A DNA stretch of 64,000 bases, taken from assembly GCA_033763315.1 (NCBI GenBank), contig JANRKS010000035.1:174291-238290 (forward strand), written 5' to 3'. This document shows positions 49,301 to 57,084 of the stretch, one piece after another; the stretch's first letter is position 1, and each line of letters starts with the position of its first letter. A model generated the notes under the pieces. The model was not told the origin of the DNA, did no database searches, and saw only the letters and a program-made list of their open reading frames with translations. The position numbers were made by a program, and so were the translations under genes. The stretch comes from Deltaproteobacteria bacterium. GTDB taxonomy: Bacteria; Myxococcota_A; Polyangia; Fen-1088.

Positions 49301-50402
49301 AGCCGACCTCTCTTTCGCGATCGGCGTTGCACTCGGCCGCTTCGGCGCCACTGGCGAAGGCATTCTCGATCAAGCCCCACCCGCTGCGCTTCCCAACGGC
49401 ATCCTGTTCCTCAGCGCCATCGACACCATCGCCAACAGCCTCAACACACCACCGCCCAACGCCACCGCGGCCATCGATCAAATCAAAGACGCATGGCAAG
49501 CCGATAGCACCGCGATCCTCAAAGACGGCAAGCGCATGGATCTCTCTGAATATCTGCGCCGCGAGTTCTTCAGGTACCACAAGAACCTCTACGAAAACCG
49601 CCCCATCTACTTCCCGCTTTCAAGCGAGAACCGCAACTTCGTTGCGTGGGTCAGCATTCACCGCTTCACAGAGAACACCCTGCCCACCCTTCTTTCCGAT
49701 CACCTGCACCCCGTGCAGCGCCAACTCACCGGCGAGATCAACGACATCAACCGCAACCGCGCCTCCAGCGATAAGAAAACGCAATCCGCCGCCGAAAAGC
49801 AGTACGCCCAAACGAAAACGCTGCTCGATGAATTGCAGGCCTTCATAACCAGCGTCACCCAAATCGCCGAAAAGGGCGCACCACCCACCGATGCCAAGTG
49901 CCCCCCGCGCGACGCCGACGCCCGATTTCAAATGGATCTAGACGACGGCGTGATGATCAACAGCGCCGCCCTATGGCCCCTGCTTGCACCCCAATGGAAA
50001 GACCCCGCCAAGTGGTGGAAGGAACTGTGCCTGGCCCAAGGCCGCCAAGACTACGATTGGTCCCACCTGGCCGCCCGCTACTTCCCTCAGCGAGTGGATC
50101 AAAAGTGCCGCAAAGATCCAAGCCTAGCCGTGGCCCACAAGCACTTCTGGCACTACCACCCCGCCCGCGCCTACGCCTGGGAACTAAGACTCCAACAAGA
50201 AATCGCCCCCACCTTCACCATCGAAGAACCCGGAAGCGATCAATGCCGCCAATCCTTCCTCGCCGATCACGCCGACGAAGCCAAGGCGATCGAAGCGAAA
50301 GAACAACAACGTCGCGAACGAGTGTCCAAGCGGTTGGACACTGAAGTTCAGGGCGTCGTCGACAATGCGCCGGAACTAGAACTGGAAGGCCACTCCGAAT
50401 GA
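46383..50402 (+). CDS. pglX: BREX adenine DNA methyltransferase PglX (BrxX)
   Basis: LGWVYQFW, TQMFTERYMV, LDPACGSGHF (motif I), VGNPPY (motif IV), YENRPIYF, DLDDGV. Confidence 0.93.
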   Translation: MSNHLFDSSTKEALRKTIRGLRGRLIDQLTAAAEGEYRLSLPIEKAKLPEGRRIRRQRLEDCLDEQARGELRGAGMPDVPAKGKRKASSSAGVDAGALRTRLLNQSVKEAAYTLLNRLLIVRIMEHHGLSKPAVVTGGWQSAGYREFAPYAGALTGDDALGYDLLLGLLFDELALELPGLFGAVGLVPLFPIPAATWRDVIDCLNDSKLEAAWGEDTTLGWVYQFWNDPEREALDDKIAGGGKILPHEIASKTQMFTERYMVEWLLQNSLGTMWLQICKKNGWAADFEGIRGGLQARRADWRGKRERGEVALDALMPLHDALENQWKYWVDQPVPDFDAHTPGSVRDLKLLDPACGSGHFLVIAFDLLAALYAEEARHRSEGFDAAEVARGIVHNNLHGVDIDPRAVQIAAAALWLKAKRFAPGVRLDRMNLVAPVFKLAGLGGDDPARLRLQSDLEREVGIPKALTDALLSGLAGVDHLGTLLRVDREVEKSLAAYQVATKGGPKQGNLFTGMPAQQLKLSVEDAKESVLDKLGAFLDAHQAEQDLGLRLEGEQLAAGVRFVRLVREGAYDVVVGNPPYQGTSKMDEVEWFKKHYPRGKADLYACFLERGLELVREGGVSALLTMRGWMFLSTFTELRERLLGGLAVIADLGVGAFDEIGGEVVQVSLTVTRRDTYSGSSAAVRIEYTRGYKRIGRAPIAASLYAHDRLYTFDARKLAGIEGTPMVYWWDKKFLDEYIAAPKLGNVAAVRQGLATSDNVRFLLRPWEQHLHSIGTLGAPMVPYIKGAAGRSWFEPLEESIRWQRNGLEVKVYAQALYGSYTRTIKNEEFYFRKGIAFSSTGSICRARYHRFASVFDVKGQSVFPDNPHQVCLAMNTSFAGEVLEALNPSISFQVGDATRMPLRPQALTEQLWAVIDGAFSTHESHREPSVEFKRPGPSPWRSAQAWAQLAVDREKGAPLPPYTPELDPPDPEADLSFAIGVALGRFGATGEGILDQAPPAALPNGILFLSAIDTIANSLNTPPPNATAAIDQIKDAWQADSTAILKDGKRMDLSEYLRREFFRYHKNLYENRPIYFPLSSENRNFVAWVSIHRFTENTLPTLLSDHLHPVQRQLTGEINDINRNRASSDKKTQSAAEKQYAQTKTLLDELQAFITSVTQIAEKGAPPTDAKCPPRDADARFQMDLDDGVMINSAALWPLLAPQWKDPAKWWKELCLAQGRQDYDWSHLAARYFPQRVDQKCRKDPSLAVAHKHFWHYHPARAYAWELRLQQEIAPTFTIEEPGSDQCRQSFLADHADEAKAIEAKEQQRRERVSKRLDTEVQGVVDNAPELELEGHSE

Positions 50403-51592
50403 TGCCTACGTCAGAGAACAGTGAAGTCAAAAATTGCGCTGAGTTTTTAAGCCCACGTTCAAAAAAGTGGAAGGGAATCGACGTCCACGCGGAATCCGAG
50501 CAGGATGGCCGTCAGTTGCTCGCGACCCTTAAAGAGGGTCTTCAGATGTCTAACGTACTAGTGCTCGCGGGAAGCGGCACGTCGATGGGACAGACTGCGG
50601 GCCCCTCCATGGGGGACCTGTGGCATCGGTGCATGGCGACCGCTGCCCCGGGAAGCTCAGCCAACGGTCCCAGGCTCTCAGGCGAAGAGATCGCCCGGAA
50701 ACTGTCGTACAGTGGGAACAATATCGAAGACCTTCTATCGCGATGTGAGCTTGAACTGCGAATCAAGGAAGATTTTGATGTGGCCAGCTTCGTGACCTTT
50801 TCAAAGGCACAGATTCTTGAGGCGTGCTCAAGTTTCTTAAAGACGCCCGACATCCAGCTAAACACACATGAAAAACTTCTTCGAAGGCTTGCGCGGCGAA
50901 GAGCGCGCGATCCTCGAGTGAAAGTGTTTACCACCAACTATGACACTTGCTTCGAGACAGCCGCTGGAAGGCTCGGCCTGGTAGTCATGGACGGGTTTTC
51001 CTTCTCGCGGCCTCGGCGTTTTGATCCCAAGTACTTCTCATACGACGTCACGCGACGCACGTCATACCGTGAAGACAAAGCGACTCCGCTTGAGGGTGTT
51101 TTTCACCTTCTGAAGTTGCACGGCTCCGTCACTTGGGAACGGAATGGTTCGGCAATTGAAGAACGCGAACATCCCAATCCGAAGGATGCCTGTCTGGTTT
51201 ACCCGCAGAGCGGAAAGTATCAGCAGGCTTTCGAACAGCCTCACCTCGAACTTGTGTCCCAATACCTCAGCGCACTAAGAGAGCCCAATACCTGTATTTT
51301 CGTTGTCGGGTTCGGCTTCAATGATAGCCATCTGTCTACGCCGCTGATGGAAGCCGTCAAAACAAACCCTCATTTAAAGCTCGTCGTGGTTGGCCCTGCC
51401 GCAAAGGTGAACGTGGCGGGCCCTCCGTCGCCTTGGACGACGCTCCACAGCCTGTCTGAAGACGGCGAGGATGTTTGGTTCATAAACGCCGGTTTCGATC
51501 AGTTTGTCGATCTCCTGCCCGACCTTAAGGCAAGTGGTTCTGTGGATCGACTGGCGCGGGAACTCAAGAATCTTATTGCAGGTGAGCAGTGA
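50399..51592 (+). CDS. SIR2-family (SIR2_2) protein, putative NADase
   Basis: LAGSGTS, FTTNYD, LKLHGS, VGFGFND; ATGA overlap with pglX. Confidence 0.88.
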   Translation: MMPTSENSEVKNCAEFLSPRSKKWKGIDVHAESEQDGRQLLATLKEGLQMSNVLVLAGSGTSMGQTAGPSMGDLWHRCMATAAPGSSANGPRLSGEEIARKLSYSGNNIEDLLSRCELELRIKEDFDVASFVTFSKAQILEACSSFLKTPDIQLNTHEKLLRRLARRRARDPRVKVFTTNYDTCFETAAGRLGLVVMDGFSFSRPRRFDPKYFSYDVTRRTSYREDKATPLEGVFHLLKLHGSVTWERNGSAIEEREHPNPKDACLVYPQSGKYQQAFEQPHLELVSQYLSALREPNTCIFVVGFGFNDSHLSTPLMEAVKTNPHLKLVVVGPAAKVNVAGPPSPWTTLHSLSEDGEDVWFINAGFDQFVDLLPDLKASGSVDRLARELKNLIAGEQ

Positions 51593-53307
51593 CGAGTATG
51601 TCAACGCACCCGACCACAGATGCGCGATATGTGCTGCATCCCGAGCTTTATGTTGGCTTGATAGCTGCCGTCGGAGTTCAGCACGTCAAATTCAGCTTGT
51701 TTCAGGATGAAGGTGTCAGTGCATCACATTATTTGGGAGGCCGCTACGGAAAGGGGGAAGTCGGAGAGTTCGTCCTCATCGAGGGTCAAACCTCGATCGC
51801 GTTCGGCCGTATCGTAGAGGTCCGCATCGAAGGCGCATCTTCATCGTCCAGCCACGGGTCCAGCGATGATGTGCTTCCAAACGCACTGGCTAGCGTTCAG
51901 CTGTTGGGAACGATCGCGGCTGATACACTCAGAGTCAGCGCGGGAGTGGGGATCTACCCGCGCCTATTTGATCGTGTCTACTCGGCCCCTCACTGGTTTG
52001 TTGCGGCAATCCCGCAAAACATTGAAACATCCAGCAACGAGTCATCAAGGGTTCTGTCCCTTGGGTACGTGGGTACCGAGCAGGATGCACGAGTTGGGGT
52101 CAGACCTGAACGGCTATTTGGCCGACATTGCGCAATACTGGGTGCGACTGGAGGCGGCAAAAGTTGGACCACAGCACGAATCATAGAGGAGGTGATCAAG
52201 CACAAAGCTAAGGTCGTTCTTCTCGACCCTACTGGTGAATATCGGTCTCTCCACCACGAACATGTACTGCATTGCCATTTGGCGGAGACGCCAGAGCTGG
52301 CACCAGGATCAGTTCGAACCTCCCTACCGGCCAGCTGTTTCAACGAGTCGGATCTATTGGCTCTTTTTGAACCATCTGGCAGATTGCAGGGCCCGAAGCT
52401 TTGGGCCGCTATACGAAGTTTGAGGCTTGCTCACGTGCGGCCAGACTTGGCAACCAACGGTCTGATTAGGAAGATCCTTCAGCCGAAGAAGCCGGTTGAG
52501 GATGCCGAAGCGACTCCCGCCATAGCCAAGCAATTAGATGATCCCACGACACCCTTCGACGTGAACCTGCTGGTCAAGCAGATCGAGCAGGAATGTTGCT
52601 TTCCCACTAACTTCAATGATTCGAAGTCGTGGGGCAAAGAGAGCGGCGACTTCTCATTCTGCCTTTCTTTGATCTCGCGGATCACTATGGCGCTGACAAT
52701 GCCGGCGTTGGCCTGTGTCTTCAAACCTTCAGGCACGGACGTTACGGTCATCGTCGACGACTTCCTAGATTCCGACAAGCGACTTCTTAGGGTGTGTATG
52801 GGGGGCATCCCGTATGAGTTCAAAGCCCGGGAGATTGTCGCAAATGCTATCGGGCGGCATCTCTTGGCCGGGGCACGGAACGGTCGATTTGAAGGCCAGC
52901 CCATCGTCCTTGTTTTGGACGAAGCGCACTGCTTTCTCGGACGGAGCGTTGGTTCTGAAGACACCACGTCGCGGCTAGATGCTTTCGAGATTATCGCCAA
53001 GGAGGGGCGCAAATTTGGAATTTGCTTGTTGCTGGCCACCCAGAGGCCAAGGGACATGACCGAATCAGTGCTCAGTCAGATGGGCACCCTCATCGTTCAT
53101 CGACTCACGAACGATCGCGACAGAGAGTTGGTTGAGCGAGCGTGCGGAGAGATCGATAAGTCTGCTGCAGCGTTTTTGCCAAATCTTAAGCCCGGCCAAG
53201 CCGCGGTCATAGGCGTTGATTTCCCAATCCCGCTCACAATCCAAATGGATCCCCCCTCGGCCAAGCCGTTCTCCGACGGACCAGATTTTCAGAAGAGTTG
53301 GGCTTAG
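51589..53307 (+). CDS. herA: HerA-family ATPase
   Basis: N-terminal beta-barrel, AILGATGGGKS, LDEAH, KEGRKFG, ATQRP; GTGA overlap with the SIR2 gene. Confidence 0.88.
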   Translation: MTSMSTHPTTDARYVLHPELYVGLIAAVGVQHVKFSLFQDEGVSASHYLGGRYGKGEVGEFVLIEGQTSIAFGRIVEVRIEGASSSSSHGSSDDVLPNALASVQLLGTIAADTLRVSAGVGIYPRLFDRVYSAPHWFVAAIPQNIETSSNESSRVLSLGYVGTEQDARVGVRPERLFGRHCAILGATGGGKSWTTARIIEEVIKHKAKVVLLDPTGEYRSLHHEHVLHCHLAETPELAPGSVRTSLPASCFNESDLLALFEPSGRLQGPKLWAAIRSLRLAHVRPDLATNGLIRKILQPKKPVEDAEATPAIAKQLDDPTTPFDVNLLVKQIEQECCFPTNFNDSKSWGKESGDFSFCLSLISRITMALTMPALACVFKPSGTDVTVIVDDFLDSDKRLLRVCMGGIPYEFKAREIVANAIGRHLLAGARNGRFEGQPIVLVLDEAHCFLGRSVGSEDTTSRLDAFEIIAKEGRKFGICLLLATQRPRDMTESVLSQMGTLIVHRLTNDRDRELVERACGEIDKSAAAFLPNLKPGQAAVIGVDFPIPLTIQMDPPSAKPFSDGPDFQKSWA

Positions 53308-53323
53308 CTGCTAACCGCCACTT

Positions 53324-54511
53324 GTGCAGCAAGTGGTCAAGATGATGTCGGGCAAGTCAATGACAAAACAAGAATGGGCAGGAGTAATTTCGCTTAACTT
53401 CGACAGTTGGTTTCGTTGGCTGAGAACTAGCGGGCGGCTGGATGCTGCGGCGGTTACGTATCCGACGCAACTTCGGTTGGCCGAGAGTCCAAGTCACTTT
53501 CTGGCAGAACTGTGCGGCGAAGCAAACGACTACCAGGGGCTTAAGCAAGCGTCAAAGATCGAAAGAATACCGTCCACTGCTACCTTCTTCAACCCCGGGG
53601 ATTCCGGCCTCGACCCCGATGGCTACAACCTTTCTCCCGGAAAGTTTAACTTGTTCGACGGTATGATGTTCTCGACGCCGTATGATCAGGAACGACTGTC
53701 GGAGAAACTGCTCTTCTCGGTAGCAAATGTGCGGTTGAGGTCTCTGGGAAAGGGTCCCTATACCATCAACATCGCTAAGCAAGACTCGGGAATCGTGCTT
53801 CGCAATGTTGACTGCGTTCGCTCTGACGGCTTGCGTGTTTGGTTTAGGAGCATTGGGACGGCCTTAGTCATACGCAGAAACACCACCCAAGACGAATTTC
53901 TCTCGTGGCTCCAAGAAAACATATATTCCATCGGCGGCATCAGTTCACGGCCTGATGAGTTTGGGCGTCAGCTAACCAGCTTGGCTGACCAACCGGTTGC
54001 TGAAGAAGTCCTCGACATCTTCTTAAGGGAGCACAGCGCACAGTTTGCCGAAGCTCTTGGATACGTTGAAGCCATCGCGCAGCCGCGACTAGTTTGGCAG
54101 GAAGGCAGCGACGAATCAGGCGTACGTGAAAGCATCCCAGATTACCTGCTGCTCAAGTCAGACGGCACTGCAGATATCTTGGACATCAAGCGATCAGTTT
54201 TGGCAAGGAGCGGTGTCACCGGCGGCCGAGCCCGTCCCAAGTTCAATAGCTACATTCAAGAGTTGATCGCTCAGCTTTCCACCTACAAGCGATACTTCGC
54301 CAGCGAGGCCAACCGCAAGTACGCGCTCGAGCATTTCGGCATTCGGGTCACATCTCCTACCCTGATAGGCATTGTGGGGAACCATGACAACCTGCCCAAA
54401 GTCGACATCGCTCGAGCGATCCAAAACCATCGAAGTGACCTCACACTGTTGAACTTCCACACCCCGGCCGCTTTGCATCGGTCACGACTTGTGCACGGCG
54501 GGCGGGCTTAG
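53324..54511 (+). CDS. Shedu-like (DUF4263) nuclease with unrecognised N-terminal domain
   Basis: C-terminal E...IPDYLL...LDIK...AQLSTY...LIGIVG pattern; start uncertain (53324-53360). Confidence 0.65.
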   Translation: MQQVVKMMSGKSMTKQEWAGVISLNFDSWFRWLRTSGRLDAAAVTYPTQLRLAESPSHFLAELCGEANDYQGLKQASKIERIPSTATFFNPGDSGLDPDGYNLSPGKFNLFDGMMFSTPYDQERLSEKLLFSVANVRLRSLGKGPYTINIAKQDSGIVLRNVDCVRSDGLRVWFRSIGTALVIRRNTTQDEFLSWLQENIYSIGGISSRPDEFGRQLTSLADQPVAEEVLDIFLREHSAQFAEALGYVEAIAQPRLVWQEGSDESGVRESIPDYLLLKSDGTADILDIKRSVLARSGVTGGRARPKFNSYIQELIAQLSTYKRYFASEANRKYALEHFGIRVTSPTLIGIVGNHDNLPKVDIARAIQNHRSDLTLLNFHTPAALHRSRLVHGGRA

Positions 54512-54582
54512 TTGGCATTTGTGCAGAACCCATTGAACTTTGCCGCACCCTGAAAGGACTTCGTAACGTGCATAGAGGCTCA

Positions 54583-55092
54583 ATGCTAATCCTCGTCCTA
54601 TGTGCCTTAGCCTGTGCCGCCTGGTCTTGCAGGCGCAGAACTGAGCGACTAGACGGGACAGAATTTCAGCAGCGAAATCCGGAGGCACAAACCACCTCAA
54701 AAGATGCAGCTGCGGCAGCAGATAGCGCCAACAACCATCCAGTCTTCAACAATTGCGTTCTTCATGCGGGGAACATAAAGGTGCGGCGCAGGCAGGCAAT
54801 GCTGCCTGATGGGGGTCTTGGCCCTGAGGTCTCAATCTCCTCTTGTGACTTCAACGCGGAGTGTTCACCAGTCAAAGGCGCCCTCAGCGTGGGCGTTGGT
54901 TCCGTCAGCATGGATTGCATCGGTGAACGGTGCACTTGTACCTATCTTTCAACCGCCAAAGGCACCCGGCCCATCGTAATACCGTTTACTGCTAATAGGC
55001 CCTGCGATTCAGCCGCTCAAGCAGAGTCTTTATTCACGGAGAAATGCCTCGATGGCATGGCAATAGCCAAGATCCCTCATGCACCAGAGTAG
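54583..55092 (+). CDS. Cys-rich putative lipoprotein
   Basis: MLILVLCALACAAWSC signal/lipobox-like N-terminus, paired cysteines. Confidence 0.55.
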   Translation: MLILVLCALACAAWSCRRRTERLDGTEFQQRNPEAQTTSKDAAAAADSANNHPVFNNCVLHAGNIKVRRRQAMLPDGGLGPEVSISSCDFNAECSPVKGALSVGVGSVSMDCIGERCTCTYLSTAKGTRPIVIPFTANRPCDSAAQAESLFTEKCLDGMAIAKIPHAPE

Positions 55093-55099
55093 GTAAAAC

Positions 55100-55660
55100 A
55101 TGACCGGACGAAATTCGCTGAATCAAAAGGTGTTGATCTGGGCCAGGGGCAAACGAGGCCGAAAGGTCGGTCGCGGTGAGTGCTGGGACCTAGCTGATCA
55201 AGCTCTGCACCACGCCGGAGCTTTAAGCTCCACCACAACAGGCAAAGACGATGACTATGTCTGGGGAACACTCGTTGAAACAAAGGATTTGCTCCCCGGC
55301 GACGTCTTGCAGTTCCGTGATTTCGTCATCGTTACCAAGACCAAGAGAACCATCACATTTTCGGCGGGTGGGGGGTTTGTAGAAACGGCCGAGGAGACCG
55401 CACAGCGGGGCCACCACACCGCCATCGTTGACTCCGTCATTGGGGATGGCCAGGTGAATGTACTTGAACAACACGTAAAGCCACTCGGTCAGGTGGTGCA
55501 GAAGCACCGCGTGTACCTACGATCAATCAAGCGCCCCAGTCTAACCAAGTCCGAAACCGTCGCCGACGAATCCGGCCGACGAAGCCCCGCCAAAGTCATC
55601 GAAGACGTCGAGATTATTGTGAGCGGAAAGGTATGGGCTTACCGGCCCAACGCCAAGTAG
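55100..55660 (+). CDS. CHAP/NlpC-P60-like cysteine amidase/peptidase
   Basis: VGRGECWDLA (Cys), PGDVLQF, HHTAIV (His), VLEQH; no signal peptide. Confidence 0.7.
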   Translation: MTGRNSLNQKVLIWARGKRGRKVGRGECWDLADQALHHAGALSSTTTGKDDDYVWGTLVETKDLLPGDVLQFRDFVIVTKTKRTITFSAGGGFVETAEETAQRGHHTAIVDSVIGDGQVNVLEQHVKPLGQVVQKHRVYLRSIKRPSLTKSETVADESGRRSPAKVIEDVEIIVSGKVWAYRPNAK

Positions 55661-55710
55661 CGAGACAGCGCGCTGCGAGTTCGATGAACGTTTGTTAGCA
55701 CGGGGTTTCT

Positions 55711-55752
55711 GCAAGCGTCCATCAGCAGTAAGCGCACCGACTTCGACACCAT
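55711..55752 (-). pseudogene. Probable 5' remnant of a PIN-domain toxin gene
   Basis: ATG directly after the XRE-IrrE stop encodes MVSKSVRLLLMDAC (PIN beta1-Asp-like), then degenerates and stops after 37 aa. Confidence 0.4.
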
Positions 55753-56910
55753 TCACCTAATCCATGAATTCGCGATGGCGCGCATGGTTTCTAGATTAGT
55801 TCGCAGGATCTCCGCCGCCCGGCCCATCGAGATCTCGTCTTGTTCGATCGCTTGCCTTACAAGCAGATGCAGCCGGCTCTCTACAAAGTCGGCTTCCGCC
55901 AAGTGCTCCGGTTCATCAGCAACCTTGGCCGACGGTGCAGCTGAACGGAACTCCGTCGCCTTTATGCCGTGTGGTTCTTCCGTTGGCCCAATCGTACGGC
56001 CAGTCAGTGCACGGTATTCGGATTGAAACCGGGCCCACAGCCGAGCGCCATCGGGGGATGAAGAGGCAAGCCGATAGAGCACTGACTTCCAGCTGACTCT
56101 GAAAAATCGCTTGAGTTTAAAGACCAGGCGCACGATGGGCAGACCTTTGGCTTCTGCCAGCTTCTTCTCGAAAAGGATCTGTGGCATCAAGAAATGGCTC
56201 GCGAACACATCCGCTTCCTTTTCTTGCGTTAGGTCCTCCTCAGTCTGGGCCACGTCGTACGCATGCAGATGAAGCAGCAAGTGACCGAGTTCGTGTGCGA
56301 CCGTGAAGATCCAGCGTTCGACCGATAGCCGCTCCCAAACATTGACAACGATTGCGGGGCCTCCGTCGGCCGCCGCCACGGAAAGGCCAAAGAATCCTTC
56401 CGAAGCGAGCTTTGGCATGTACACCTTGATTCCTTGCGCCTCCATCAGGCCGCAAATGTCCCGCACCTCTTCACTCTCGCGAAGTCCCACTTTCTCGCGG
56501 ACCCGCGCAGCTGCAAGCTTCGGCCGTTCCTGACCTTTGAGCTCTTGAAGAGATTTGCCTAGCTTCGCGAGACCGTACGGATTCACCTTGTCCAGCAAAG
56601 ACTCGAGTTCGTTGTAGTCATCCAACCATCGAGCCACATCTGCCAGTAGCTCGCCACGAGTGGTCATCTTCTTCGTGGCGCGGAAGCGAACCACCTTGAG
56701 CTCACGCACGGGAACGAACAGGTCCTGAAGCTTCACGTCCAAAGCGTTGGCCACACCCATAAGCGAGTCGACCCGAGGGGATGAGGTGCCGGACTCAATG
56801 TTTCTATAAGCCACTCGCGAGAGCCCAGCTTTATCGGCTACGTCGCCCTGCGACATACCGCGCGCGCTCCGAATCCGGCGCAAATTTACGCTCAATAAGG
56901 AGAGGTCCAT
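55753..56910 (-). CDS. XRE-HTH + ImmA/IrrE (DUF955) metallopeptidase
   Basis: N-terminal HTH_3 (RRIRSARGMSQGDVADKAGLSRVAYRNIESG); FTVAHELGH; EADVFASHFLMP. Confidence 0.92.
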   Translation of the reverse strand: MDLSLLSVNLRRIRSARGMSQGDVADKAGLSRVAYRNIESGTSSPRVDSLMGVANALDVKLQDLFVPVRELKVVRFRATKKMTTRGELLADVARWLDDYNELESLLDKVNPYGLAKLGKSLQELKGQERPKLAAARVREKVGLRESEEVRDICGLMEAQGIKVYMPKLASEGFFGLSVAAADGGPAIVVNVWERLSVERWIFTVAHELGHLLLHLHAYDVAQTEEDLTQEKEADVFASHFLMPQILFEKKLAEAKGLPIVRLVFKLKRFFRVSWKSVLYRLASSSPDGARLWARFQSEYRALTGRTIGPTEEPHGIKATEFRSAAPSAKVADEPEHLAEADFVESRLHLLVRQAIEQDEISMGRAAEILRTNLETMRAIANSWIR

Positions 56911-57084
56911 GAACAGCTATAGCACTATTATCAGCATCCGATAACCTGACAAGTATACTTTTCACGCAACCGGAAGCTGGGAACCACGTCGACGGCGTCC
57001 ATCAGACTTGACCACAGCTCCCTTCCCGCCCCTAGCCAACATGGGTCGTGCTGGTGCATAGTCGAGGCGCACCCCGAACCCTTC

